A stretch of 64,000 bases of DNA from Felixounavirus NRG857CP1, in the sequence record OZ035806.1. One strand, written 5' to 3'. A program made the translations under genes and the position numbers. Shown here piece after piece: positions 10,650-27,704 of this stretch. How positions within the stretch are numbered: position 1 is the stretch's first letter; each line of letters begins with the position of its first letter. The notes under the pieces are model-generated. The model did not search any database and had not been told where the DNA came from. It saw only the letters and a list, made by a program, of their open reading frames with translations.

Positions 10650-11048
10650 ATGAAAACAGAATCTAGAGTAATTAATGGCAAGAAAGTAAATATCGTTCTG
10701 CTTGGGGCAAGAGATGGTATTAAGATGTCTATGAAGTTGGGTAAAATTGTTGTTCCAACTTTTGCACAGATGCTATCAAGTCTGACTGACAAGGGTAAGA
10801 AAGAAGCTCCAATGGTTCCATTTAAAGAACTTGTTGAAGCTTGTTTTGACAGAATTGAAGAAATTAACCTTGAAGAGATGGCTACCTTATTATTTCAAGG
10901 GGCAACTGTTGATGACTTCCCACTTAATATTGATACATACTTCCAAGCAAACTATGGTGAATTTATTGATTACTTAGCATTTGCGCTGGAGGCAAACTTC
11001 GGAAGTTTTTTCGAAGCAAGCATTTTCAAAAGCCTAACTTCTCAGTAA
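10650..11048 (+). CDS. tail assembly chaperone (G-like)
   Basis: 132 aa ORF directly upstream of tape measure; contains slippery heptamer T_TTT_TTC at 11006-11012 in the correct frame. Confidence 0.5.
   Translation: MKTESRVINGKKVNIVLLGARDGIKMSMKLGKIVVPTFAQMLSSLTDKGKKEAPMVPFKELVEACFDRIEEINLEEMATLLFQGATVDDFPLNIDTYFQANYGEFIDYLAFALEANFGSFFEASIFKSLTSQ
11006..11012 (+). other. candidate -1 programmed ribosomal frameshift site (T_TTT_TTC) linking the two chaperone ORFs
   Basis: Zero-frame codons TTT-TTC preceded by T; the -1 frame is open without stop from 11009 into the ORF at 11051-11290. Confidence 0.5.
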
Positions 11049-11050
11049 AC

Positions 11051-11289
11051 ATGGGTAACACTCTACAGACACCACTAACTGATGCTGCTGTAGAGGCAAC
11101 CTATGAAGAAGCAGACGAGATGAAATTTGTGCTTGCTATTTATGGTATGGAAGGGTGTAAAGAAACACTTGACCAACTCTTTGCTATGACATTCTCTGAT
11201 TTATTATCATTGAGACAATTTCTTGAAATTCAGAGGTCGTATAAAGAGGAAATTGCTTACAACGAACTTAGAAGAGCAGGAAAAATGTA

Positions 11290-11290
<1 letters not shown>
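11051..11290 (+). CDS. tail assembly chaperone, frameshift-extension (GT-like) ORF
   Basis: 79 aa ORF in the -1 frame relative to 10650-11048, open from the slippery site; stop overlaps tape measure start. Confidence 0.4.
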
Positions 11291-19309
<8,019 letters not shown>

Positions 19310-19311
19310 TA

Positions 19312-20499
19312 ATGGCGGTAGGTGAAATTCAAATTAGTGCCTTGCCTCAAGCAGCCTTACCAATTGACCTTAGTGATATCTTCCATCTTAAGCAGGGTAT
19401 TGAGGATAAGAGATGTACTCTTGAGCAATTACTTGCTCCACACTCAAGCCTAAGAAATAACCCTCATGGTGTTACTAAAACACAAATTGGTTTAGATAAC
19501 GTTATCAATGCTCTTCAGTTAGTTGCTGCAAATAACTTATCAGACGTTACTAATGTAGCTCAGGCAAGAGCAAATCTACAGATTATGTCTTCAGAAGAGG
19601 TTAATAATCTTGTTCAACAGCATATTCAGGACAAGAGCAACCCACATAATACAACTAAGGCACAGGTAGGATTGAGTAATGTTCAGAACTGGACAACATC
19701 TAACCTTTATAACGAAGATGCAGATAAGTATGCTACAGCAAGAGCAGTAAATAACTTGTACAAGGCTGTTCAGGCTTCCTATCCAGTAGGTACTATCCAT
19801 CTTTCCATGAACTCTGCAAACCCTTCTACATATTTAATTTGTGGAGGTACTTGGGAGTTAGTTTCAAAAGGTAGAGCATTGGTTGGTTATGACTCTGACA
19901 CAAGACCAGCAGGTTCTGTATTTGGTGCTTCAACTGTCACTTTGTCAGTTAATAACATGCCTCAACACTCTCACTCTGTGTCTCTTAGTGGTGGTGGTCA
20001 TACTCATAATGCAACTGTGTCAATTTCAGCTTTTGACTATGGAACTAAGACTACCAACTCTTTTGACTATGGAACTAAGACCACTAACACAACTGGTAAC
20101 CATAACCATGTTGGTAGTGGGTCAACAAGTTCTGCTGGTGCTCATAACCACAGATTGACCTATGAAGCAGGCGGTGGCCTATCGGAAAGACCTGCAATGG
20201 TTTGGTCTACAAGGAATGACCAATCATGGTACTCAGCAGATGCTGTCTGTGAAGTAGCTGGTGCACACACTCACTCTTTCAGTGTTACCACTAACACAAC
20301 TGGTAACCACAACCATACGGTCGGTATTGGTGCTCACAGCCACACAGTTGGTATTGGTTCACATACACACAATGGTACTGTAACAGTTTCTTCTTCTGAG
20401 CATACGCATAGCGGGAACACTAATAGTGTTGGTGGTGGACAAGCTTTCAACATTGAGCAGCCATCCTTTGTACTGTATGTATGGCAGAGAACAGCTTAA
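19312..20499 (+). CDS. tail fibre protein (short) with His-x-His repeat tip domain
   Basis: C-terminal HxH repeats (GNHNHTVGIGAHSHTVGIGSHTHNGT, EHTHSGN) typical of metal-binding fibre tips; duplicated FDYGTKTTN motif; C-terminus ...VWQRTA shared with the next gene. Confidence 0.65.
   Translation: MAVGEIQISALPQAALPIDLSDIFHLKQGIEDKRCTLEQLLAPHSSLRNNPHGVTKTQIGLDNVINALQLVAANNLSDVTNVAQARANLQIMSSEEVNNLVQQHIQDKSNPHNTTKAQVGLSNVQNWTTSNLYNEDADKYATARAVNNLYKAVQASYPVGTIHLSMNSANPSTYLICGGTWELVSKGRALVGYDSDTRPAGSVFGASTVTLSVNNMPQHSHSVSLSGGGHTHNATVSISAFDYGTKTTNSFDYGTKTTNTTGNHNHVGSGSTSSAGAHNHRLTYEAGGGLSERPAMVWSTRNDQSWYSADAVCEVAGAHTHSFSVTTNTTGNHNHTVGIGAHSHTVGIGSHTHNGTVTVSSSEHTHSGNTNSVGGGQAFNIEQPSFVLYVWQRTA
20031..20090 (+). 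repeat. 30-bp tandem duplication inside the short tail fibre gene
   Basis: ttttgactatggaactaagactaccaactc followed by ttttgactatggaactaagaccactaacac (26/30 identical), encoding FDYGTKTTNS/FDYGTKTTNT. Confidence 0.9.
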
Positions 20500-20508
20500 T
20501 TTCTTTAC

Positions 20509-20530
20509 AGGGGCTTTATAGCCCCTTTTA
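20509..20530 (+). terminator. intrinsic terminator candidate after short fibre gene
   Basis: stem aggggc / gcccct with loop tttata, followed by tttt. Confidence 0.5.
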
Positions 20531-20545
20531 AGAGGAAAATTTATA

Positions 20546-22927
20546 ATGGCAGATTACAAATTGAGTGAATTAAACTCAATCGATACAATCCGTTCAGACG
20601 ACCTTCTTCATGTCAGGGTTAAAAAGAGACCTGAAATGCTGGGTGATGAAGACCGTCGAATGACCTATCAAGACTTCTTAGCATCTTTTAAACTTGAAAG
20701 ATTTGTTCAGATTACTGGTAGCACTATGGCGGGTGACTTAGGGATTGTTAAGTTACTTTATGGTGGTAAGGTAGTCTTTGACCCAACAGGCTCTTCTGAG
20801 ATTACTATTGGGGATGTTTTAAAGTCTTTTAAAATCAATGCAAATGGCCTTAAACTAACTATTGCTGACGCTTCAAGGTCGGCAACTGTTTATCATACTC
20901 TGAATAAACCAAGCCCTAATGAACTTGGGATGAGAACTAATGAAGAGAATGATGCAAGATATGCAAGGCTTGCTGTGAATAATACCTTTAGAGGTACTCA
21001 AGCTATTCTCTCTGACAATGAAGCCCTTATTGTTAAGAATATTACACAAGGGATGCCACTCTATATTCGTGGTCAAGATGCAGATGGCACTAACAGATGG
21101 TATCTAGGCAATGATAATAAAGGCACAGACAACCTTGTTTTAAAAAACGTTAAATCTGGTGCATACGTAGCGATTTTAGCTAACCTAATCTCTGTGAATA
21201 AATCAATTCAAATCACTGGTCAAGTTCAACCTTCTGATTGGGCTAACTTAGATACTAGATACTTTACTCAGACAGCAGCTAATCAGAGATTTGCGCAGTT
21301 AGCTGGTAATAACACATTTAGTGGTTCTAATATTTTTACTAATTTTGTTGTTAAGAAGAATGCTAATGCTATTACTATTCAAAATGTAGATACAACTGCG
21401 GCTTTGTATATCCAAGCAAGAAAGTCAGATGGGACTAATAAGTGGTACATTGGTAATGACGGTGATGAGAACATTGTAAACATCTATAACTATTTAGCAA
21501 AAACACAAATCTCATTAGGTAACACCATTACCATGAGCAGAACAGTCCAAATTGGTGGTCAAGTTCAACCTTCTGATTGGACTAACATTGACTCTAGATA
21601 CATTCCAGCAGGAACTTTGAGTAATCTTGCTAAACTAAGTGATGTAAACACTTTCAGGTATGCACAGGTTATTAAGCAGAATGGTTCATTGTTACAGCTA
21701 AAGAACACTACACAAGACAGAGAGCTTTACTTTGCTGGTCATAATGCTGATGGTGTTAGAAGGTGGTACATCGGTAATGGGGAACCATCCAACCCAACAA
21801 GATTTACTATCCGCAACGACAGAACTGCAACTACGCTTTATATGCAAGACGATTTCTTGTTGGATAAAACTGTCAGAATTACTGGTCAAGTTCAACCTTC
21901 AGATTTCTCTAACTTAGATGCTAGATATTTCTTAAAAACAAAACTGTTAAACCAATCTTTAATGACAAGGACAGCTAATAGACTGGATGACCCATCATCA
22001 TTCAACAAAGATTGTTCAGGGTTTGTAAGAAACAACGCTATTGAGCAGGGTCTGAAAGATTTAGCCATCCATGTAGCACATTCTGCTGGTATTGCTCATG
22101 CCAGAGGTATTGCTTTTACATATGGGTCTAAAGGTCTTGATGTCTTCACATACGCTTATGGGTCAGATGGAGCATATGTTGGAGAGGCACAGTTGTATTC
22201 AACGGCATTTAAACCAGCCCCTTCAGATATTGGTGCATACACTAAAGCTGAAACTGACCAGAAGATTGCACAGGCAGTAAGTGACTCTACAGACCTTAAC
22301 AAAATCTATCCAGTAGGTATTGTAACATGGTTTAACAGTAATGTTGACCCTAATACGGCACTTCCTGGTCTAACTTGGACGTACCTGAACAATGGTGTTG
22401 GTAGAACTATCAGAATTGCAGCAGCAAATGGTTCAGATGTTGCTACAACTGGCGGTTCAGATTCTGTAACGTTAGCTGTTGGTAACTTACCATCACACAC
22501 CCACAGCTTCTCTGCTACCACTTCATCTTTTGATTATGGTACGAAGAGCACTAATAGCACTGGTGGTCATACTCACTCTGTAAGTGGTACAACAAGTGCT
22601 GCTGGTAACCACGCTCACCACTTAGGTCTGCTATTGGTTAATGGTGGTGATGCTCAGTACGGTTATACAACTGTTAGCAATAACAAGACGAGAACTCTTG
22701 ACTGGCTTGACAGAACTGATAACAAGTTCCCTAACACTAACACAACTGGTAACCATACACACACATGGTCTGGTACTACAAGTAACACTGGTGCTCACAC
22801 CCACTCTGTAGGTATTGGTGCTCACACCCATACAGTTAGTGGTAACACTGGTGGTACAGGTTCTGGTTCAGCATTTAGTGTCACTAACCAGTTCTACAAG
22901 TTAATGGCTTGGGTGAGAACTGCTTAA
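20546..22927 (+). CDS. tail fibre protein (long) with internal ~110-aa repeats and His-x-His tip
   Basis: 793 aa; three repeats of [16 protein letters not shown] and [11 protein letters not shown]-type motifs; C-terminal domain paralogous to 19312-20499 ([54 protein letters not shown], ...AWVRTA). Confidence 0.7.
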   Translation: MADYKLSELNSIDTIRSDDLLHVRVKKRPEMLGDEDRRMTYQDFLASFKLERFVQITGSTMAGDLGIVKLLYGGKVVFDPTGSSEITIGDVLKSFKINANGLKLTIADASRSATVYHTLNKPSPNELGMRTNEENDARYARLAVNNTFRGTQAILSDNEALIVKNITQGMPLYIRGQDADGTNRWYLGNDNKGTDNLVLKNVKSGAYVAILANLISVNKSIQITGQVQPSDWANLDTRYFTQTAANQRFAQLAGNNTFSGSNIFTNFVVKKNANAITIQNVDTTAALYIQARKSDGTNKWYIGNDGDENIVNIYNYLAKTQISLGNTITMSRTVQIGGQVQPSDWTNIDSRYIPAGTLSNLAKLSDVNTFRYAQVIKQNGSLLQLKNTTQDRELYFAGHNADGVRRWYIGNGEPSNPTRFTIRNDRTATTLYMQDDFLLDKTVRITGQVQPSDFSNLDARYFLKTKLLNQSLMTRTANRLDDPSSFNKDCSGFVRNNAIEQGLKDLAIHVAHSAGIAHARGIAFTYGSKGLDVFTYAYGSDGAYVGEAQLYSTAFKPAPSDIGAYTKAETDQKIAQAVSDSTDLNKIYPVGIVTWFNSNVDPNTALPGLTWTYLNNGVGRTIRIAAANGSDVATTGGSDSVTLAVGNLPSHTHSFSATTSSFDYGTKSTNSTGGHTHSVSGTTSAAGNHAHHLGLLLVNGGDAQYGYTTVSNNKTRTLDWLDRTDNKFPNTNTTGNHTHTWSGTTSNTGAHTHSVGIGAHTHTVSGNTGGTGSGSAFSVTNQFYKLMAWVRTA
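21060..21930 (+). repeat. three in-frame ~330-bp imperfect tandem repeats within the long tail fibre gene
   Basis: ggtcaagttcaaccttctgat recurs at about 21218, 21557 and 21884, with conserved flanking codons. Confidence 0.8.
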
Positions 22928-22934
22928 TCCCTTG

Positions 22935-22963
22935 TTGACTGATTGTTAAGATGGTGTTAATAT
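22935..22963 (+). promoter_or_regulatory. sigma70-like promoter candidate (TTGACT-17-TAATAT)
   Basis: -35 ttgact at 22935-22940, 17-nt spacer, -10 taatat at 22958-22963, upstream of ORF 23007. Confidence 0.35.
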
Positions 22964-23006
22964 TCTTTATGGGTATTCTCACCATCTTGGCTGATGAGGT
23001 GATTAA

Positions 23007-23201
23007 ATGCCTACAATCCTAGCAATTCTTCTAAAAAATCTAGGTAGCTTCTTCTGGAAACTCATTTTATCCCTTCTAAGTGAATACATGATTGAGAAAG
23101 TGTTCTTTAAGCTTGCAAGATACCTTGCGAGTAAAACAGACACACCTATTGATGATGAGTTCGTAGATAACTTAGAAAAAGCTTTTAAGGGGGAGAAATA
23201 A
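23007..23201 (+). CDS. small hydrophobic protein (holin-like?)
   Basis: 64 aa; N-terminal hydrophobic stretch ILAILLKNLGSFFWKLILSLL; function not established. Confidence 0.3.
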   Translation: MPTILAILLKNLGSFFWKLILSLLSEYMIEKVFFKLARYLASKTDTPIDDEFVDNLEKAFKGEK

Positions 23202-23573
23202 ATGAAGTGGCTAGAGGAAGCTTTTAAAAATAATATTGGTGTAATTGTAGTTGGTATTTTTAGTGTTATTGGGATGTATACCACGATGCAAGTTTCAAGT
23301 GGTAAACAAGAAGTGTCTGTCACAACAAAGTTACAGCAGCTAGATAATTATTCCAAAAGTAACTATTCAGCTATTCGTGATTTACAGTCTGACATGAGAC
23401 TGATTCAGCTAGGGATGGAGAACCAGAAAGTTCAGTTAGAGAATGTTAAGGGTGAAAACGCAAAACTTACCAAAACTCTTGATAAATTCTCTGACAGTGT
23501 GAATAATCTGGCTCAATCAGTATCAGCCCTCCAAGCTATTACTGAGAAGAACACAAAGAATACTGAGAAATAA
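23202..23573 (+). CDS. membrane-anchored coiled-coil protein
   Basis: 123 aa; TM-like IGVIVVGIFSVIGMYTT followed by Gln/Leu-rich helical region; followed by terminator. Confidence 0.35.
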   Translation: MKWLEEAFKNNIGVIVVGIFSVIGMYTTMQVSSGKQEVSVTTKLQQLDNYSKSNYSAIRDLQSDMRLIQLGMENQKVQLENVKGENAKLTKTLDKFSDSVNNLAQSVSALQAITEKNTKNTEK

Positions 23574-23580
23574 AATTTTA

Positions 23581-23612
23581 AGGCTCCTTTTGACGGGAGC
23601 CTTTTTTGTTTT
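23581..23612. terminator. intrinsic terminator between convergent transcription units
   Basis: stem aggctcc / ggagcct with 8-nt loop, then tttttt; lies between plus-strand ORF ending 23573 and minus-strand thyA ending 23612. Confidence 0.6.
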
Positions 23613-24511
23613 TACTTACCTACTGACAAAGGTGCTTCAATCTTTCCTGCATGTTTGTAGTTGTTGATGCCACCAATAAAGTCACTTGCAGTAAGATGTT
23701 TTAAGTCACTTAAGGTGTTAAGTTGTACACCAATCTCAAAAGTAGGTGCATGGAACTCTTCATTGTTCATCAGTTCATAAACCTGCTTCATATGGTTCTG
23801 GTAAATCTGAGTGTCTCCAAAGACACCTATCAAGTATCGTGGAGTGTATCCAGTCATCTTACAAAGAACTTCTAAGATGAAGCCATAAGACGCAATATTA
23901 AACGGAAGTCCTAAAAATGTGTCTACAGAACGCTGATACCATTGCAAATCTACTTCACCTTCGTTGGTGATATAAATCTGAAACAGAACATGACAAGGTG
24001 CTAAAGCCATCGAGTTTGCTGCAATATCTGCTGCATTCCAAGCATTAACAAGCATGTAGCGGTCTGTGATATCACCTTTCATCTTTGTTACTAAGGTCTC
24101 TAACTGGTCTACAACACAACCATTATGACCTTCAAAGTTTCTCCACTGAACCCCGTAGATTCTCCCACCTGCATCTTCTAACCAATCTTGTTCAGAAGAA
24201 TAATTAGAGCTTAACCAGCGTTTAAAATCATCTGACCAGATAGTCCAACGCTCCCCATCATTTTCACCCCAAGTACGATAACGGAGTTCACCAAGTTTAT
24301 TCTCACCATTCAGGAACCATAAAGCTTCCCCAATAACTTGCCGTGTAAACACCTGTTTAGATGTTAAGAGTGGAAAACCAGTACGCATATCAAAACGAAA
24401 CTGTGGTGGAGCAAATGCAGAGATAACATCTCCAGTTCGTGTAGTACGCAGTTCACCAACGGATAAAACATGGTTCAGGATATTTTTGTAACTTGAATCT
24501 GCTTGTGACAT
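23612..24511 (-). CDS. thyA: thymidylate synthase
   Basis: ThyA hallmarks: FPLLTSK, catalytic-Cys region LAPCHVLFQIY, QRSVDTFLGLPFNIASYGF. Confidence 0.9.
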   Translation of the reverse strand: MSQADSSYKNILNHVLSVGELRTTRTGDVISAFAPPQFRFDMRTGFPLLTSKQVFTRQVIGEALWFLNGENKLGELRYRTWGENDGERWTIWSDDFKRWLSSNYSSEQDWLEDAGGRIYGVQWRNFEGHNGCVVDQLETLVTKMKGDITDRYMLVNAWNAADIAANSMALAPCHVLFQIYITNEGEVDLQWYQRSVDTFLGLPFNIASYGFILEVLCKMTGYTPRYLIGVFGDTQIYQNHMKQVYELMNNEEFHAPTFEIGVQLNTLSDLKHLTASDFIGGINNYKHAGKIEAPLSVGK

Positions 24512-24512
24512 A

Positions 24513-25058
24513 TCAAAAGTGTCCTTTTACTTGTGGAACATAAATTTCAAAAGTTGCTTTACCATCCTCTGATGGTTTTGACTGTACCTTTGTAAATACA
24601 CGGTTATCATACAGCTTCTCAAAGAAGTTTTCAAAAGGTAAATGTACAGTGACCTCTTCAGTAACTTTATGGAAAACAGTATGGAACACTACATCAGCAT
24701 ATGGTAAAGCATTGACAAGGACACCTGCACCACCAATTACAAAGACATCTTCATCAATAGAGCTATCAAGATACTTCAAAAATGCTCCAAATGACTCTTT
24801 ACTGGCTTTAGCATACATTACATCATCTTTGCCAAAGTCTATGCCTAAGTATGGTACAGAATTTGTTAAGACGAGGTTTGCACGTTCTGGTAATGGTTTA
24901 CTGCCCAGAGTCTTAAAAGTCTCGTTACCCATGACTACTAAGTTATTTTTAGTGAGTCTCTTAAACTCTTGCATATCCTGTTTATGTCGAGGCCACGGCA
25001 TACCAGTTGGAGTACCAAACTCCCCATTTTCACCACTTGCAAAGATTAATTTAATCAT
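24513..25058 (-). CDS. dihydrofolate reductase
   Basis: DHFR-like N-terminus MIKLIFASGENGEFGTPTGMPWP...VVMGNETFKTLG; stop adjacent to thyA start, the phage td-frd pairing. Confidence 0.8.
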   Translation of the reverse strand: MIKLIFASGENGEFGTPTGMPWPRHKQDMQEFKRLTKNNLVVMGNETFKTLGSKPLPERANLVLTNSVPYLGIDFGKDDVMYAKASKESFGAFLKYLDSSIDEDVFVIGGAGVLVNALPYADVVFHTVFHKVTEEVTVHLPFENFFEKLYDNRVFTKVQSKPSEDGKATFEIYVPQVKGHF

Positions 25059-25315
25059 TTTGTAAATCCTTTCTTAATGAACCAGTTGATAACATTCTTC
25101 ACAGCTTTATTGCTATGGTAGATTAAGTGTGGTGTAGGTTGGTATGAACCATAAGCCCAGAAAGCAATGATTTCATTACATCCTGTACACCTTGTACTCT
25201 CTTCAGCAATATGACCGTTGACTATTTCACTTACCTCACCTTGTAAGTCTGTACACCCACAATGTGGACATCGGATAGGTGTTCCATCAGACTCATAGCA
25301 GTGTTCAATTTTCAT
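25055..25315 (-). CDS. zinc-ribbon protein
   Basis: 86 aa with CPHCGC and CTGC pairs. Confidence 0.4.
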   Translation of the reverse strand: MKIEHCYESDGTPIRCPHCGCTDLQGEVSEIVNGHIAEESTRCTGCNEIIAFWAYGSYQPTPHLIYHSNKAVKNVINWFIKKGFTK

Positions 25316-25831
25316 TTATTTAACCTCAAAAACTGGCTCAAGAACCAATATAAAGTCTACACAGTCATCTTCTTCATCCAGAATACCATCAAAGTTCTTA
25401 GGAACGAAGTCGAAGAGGCTCATAACAAAACAGTCAGAAGTGACCTTGATAGTTCCTCCCATGTTCTCTACAGTCAACACTGTACGACTTTCTTTTACCT
25501 CCCTCAGAAGATTACCCACAAAGTCATCTAAGAAGTACTTCATCAGTGACTTAAAACCTTTAGGGTAATCTGTACCAGAGTATGTTTCAATCTGAGGAAC
25601 AAGCTTAACATTTATACTAGTCTTTGTTAAGAATGTATTAGAGAACATACTATCAGGTAACTTACAAACAGTCTTTCCAGTACCTTCATGTTCAATCTCA
25701 ACAAAACCAGCTTCATCGCCACATGTAACTATTTTAAAAGATGCTTCATTCTCATAATGTGAAGCCATAAACTTTTTAAGCATCTCTTTAAGGAAATCTG
25801 CATGAGCATCTTGTAAGTAGATATCAATCAT
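25316..25831 (-). CDS. hypothetical protein
   Basis: 171 aa ORF in tightly packed minus-strand operon. Confidence 0.4.
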   Translation of the reverse strand: MIDIYLQDAHADFLKEMLKKFMASHYENEASFKIVTCGDEAGFVEIEHEGTGKTVCKLPDSMFSNTFLTKTSINVKLVPQIETYSGTDYPKGFKSLMKYFLDDFVGNLLREVKESRTVLTVENMGGTIKVTSDCFVMSLFDFVPKNFDGILDEEDDCVDFILVLEPVFEVK

Positions 25832-25844
25832 AGTTAATCACCTA

Positions 25845-26204
25845 TTATGGGAACAGACACTTAATGTCGTCGTTTTTGAAAACAAAACTCGTGTAGTTAT
25901 GACCGTCAACATCCAGCCAAACAGCCTGAACATCTACACCATCAAGATTCTGGTAAAGCTCTTTGATGAAGTGGTCTTTCACAATCTGACTGCTAGTTGT
26001 TTCCAGCTTAATGTTCGAGATTGCTGAACCTACAGCCATATAGCCCATGACACGTTTCTTCTCAGTATGCTTAATCTTACCATCTTTGTAAGCCATAATG
26101 AGATTGGAGAGAATCTTCACACCATAATACTTTTCAAGGTGAGTGGGTACGCCATAAAAACCTAATGCGAAGTTTTCAGAGTGGATAATGTTTTCACGTT
26201 TCAT
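25845..26204 (-). CDS. hypothetical protein
   Basis: 119 aa ORF. Confidence 0.35.
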   Translation of the reverse strand: MKRENIIHSENFALGFYGVPTHLEKYYGVKILSNLIMAYKDGKIKHTEKKRVMGYMAVGSAISNIKLETTSSQIVKDHFIKELYQNLDGVDVQAVWLDVDGHNYTSFVFKNDDIKCLFP

Positions 26205-26205
26205 A

Positions 26206-26535
26206 TTAATCTGCCAACCTTAAATTAAAATTAACACCAAATTTTTCACATACTTCCAACATATACTCAAGGGAAACATTCCCAGTGAGGTGGATTATGT
26301 TGGATACACGAGCCTGAGAGATACCACAAATTTTAGCAACTTGCTCTTGAGAAAGACCTCTGGATTTAATCTCTCTCTTAAAACGATGTGCAACGAAGTC
26401 TCTCATTTCGTCTACATCCATTGGACAAATATAACTCTCCATTTCAGCCTCTCTATCAGCCTCCCAATCATCTTGTGGGGCATAAGGGTCAAAAACCTCA
26501 TTCATCTTTCTTCTTCCGTTTGCGTGAAGTGTCAA
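26206..26535 (-). CDS. helix-turn-helix DNA-binding protein (putative regulator)
   Basis: 109 aa; XRE-type HTH-like segment LSQEQVAKICGISQARVSNIIHLTGNVSLEYMLEVCEKFG. Confidence 0.4.
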   Translation of the reverse strand: MTLHANGRRKMNEVFDPYAPQDDWEADREAEMESYICPMDVDEMRDFVAHRFKREIKSRGLSQEQVAKICGISQARVSNIIHLTGNVSLEYMLEVCEKFGVNFNLRLAD

Positions 26536-26710
26536 TCAATGAATCTATGTTTGTAGCTCTAACCTTTTCACGTTCATCGTTAAGATAATCATCAAGAGCC
26601 TTTTCAATCTGTGAATCATCTTGACAGATAACTGTAAAGACTGTAAATCCGTCTTTATCGTCAATTATCTTACCATAACCGCTTCTGGGATGTAACTTTT
26701 TAAGAGCCAT
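26498..26710 (-). CDS. hypothetical protein
   Basis: 70 aa ORF overlapping neighbour start. Confidence 0.3.
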   Translation of the reverse strand: MALKKLHPRSGYGKIIDDKDGFTVFTVICQDDSQIEKALDDYLNDEREKVRATNIDSLIDTSRKRKKKDE

Positions 26711-26711
26711 A

Positions 26712-27095
26712 TCAAATACCTGTGCAGCTTCTGTTTTCTAAGAAATACTCCACACCATACATAGCTTTTTGCATCAAATCTTCTTTAAACTGGATACGAT
26801 GGTTGAGCATAGCCTGTACATCAATATCATCATGGTGCTTCTCTTTAATGTTTGCAGATTGCAGGAAATACTCTGCAAGAACACGATATTGGTAGTCAGT
26901 CACCTTATCAGTCATCTCTGTCAAAGACTCTTCAGAGATTGGTTTAAGTAGCTCACCTTTAGATAGAGCAACACCTTTTACAATATGGCAAGTGTCTTCT
27001 GGAACACCTGATAAGTCCACATTTGGAAGTTCTGTTGCATTGACTGGTAAATTTATTGCCATAACCATTGCAGCAGCTAATAAAATCTTTTTCAT
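26712..27095 (-). CDS. secreted/periplasmic protein with signal peptide
   Basis: N-terminus MKKILLAAAMVMAINLPVNATE looks like a Sec signal peptide. Confidence 0.45.
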   Translation of the reverse strand: MKKILLAAAMVMAINLPVNATELPNVDLSGVPEDTCHIVKGVALSKGELLKPISEESLTEMTDKVTDYQYRVLAEYFLQSANIKEKHHDDIDVQAMLNHRIQFKEDLMQKAMYGVEYFLENRSCTGI

Positions 27096-27189
27096 AATGA
27101 CCTCAAAGTTATATTAAATTTTGTATTACATTGAGTATAAAAATAAGCTATAACACCTGACTTGTCAACAGATTTTATAGCTTATTTGG

Positions 27190-27515
27190 CAGATTTTTTA
27201 TAAGGCTACTGCCATCCTTCCATACATTACCTAACCAAGCCGAACATCACACAACCAGACCGAGCCGCACCCCGCCTTATTAAAAGACCCTCTTTAAAGA
27301 CCTTTTAAAAAGGTGAGTCTCATTTTAATGTAGCTGAGACTAACTACCCATACCGAACCTCACCGCACCATACTACACCTGACACCACCTTACACCACCG
27401 CACCATACCTGACCGAGCTACACATCACTTAAAAACCCTTTTCAAAGACTCTTAAGTGATGCTGGTGAGTACCCGTTGGTTTATGCTGCTCAGTATACTC
27501 ACCAAATTTTCTATG
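27190..27515. repeat. non-coding region, C/A-rich on plus strand, with two imperfect direct repeat units and two stem-loops
   Basis: No ORF of 60 aa or more; units ccgaacatcacacaaccagaccgagccgcac... and ccgaacctcaccgcacc...gaccgagctacac..., each followed by a ttaaaa-ccc-t-ttt-aaagac-...-ggtgagt segment; hairpins gagtctca/tgagact (27313-27342) and ggtgagta/tactcacc (27466-27502). Confidence 0.6.
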
Positions 27516-27704
27516 TCAACAACTTTCTAATAAAGTTTTATGAAGATTTTGCTTAACAACCCGCCTCACATGCCTGTGCTCTTTCTTAATAAAGAGTGAC
27601 CTCTTCTTGATAGAGCGCCTATTCTTGTAAGTATTACTAGGATACTTATCATGAACCGGACAACAGCTACCCGGATTGGTAAACTTGATAATCTCTCTTT
27701 TCAC
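27516..27704 (-). CDS. small basic protein (uncertain)
   Basis: 62 aa Lys/Arg-rich ORF immediately downstream of ligase; could be spurious. Confidence 0.25.
   Translation of the reverse strand: MKREIIKFTNPGSCCPVHDKYPSNTYKNRRSIKKRSLFIKKEHRHVRRVVKQNLHKTLLESC

Noticed and set aside
26206-26535. Lysogeny module (repressor/integrase) suggested by the HTH protein
   Set aside because: No integrase, excisionase or recombinase-like ORF anywhere in the window; the HTH gene sits in a lytic early operon, so a temperate lifestyle is not supported.
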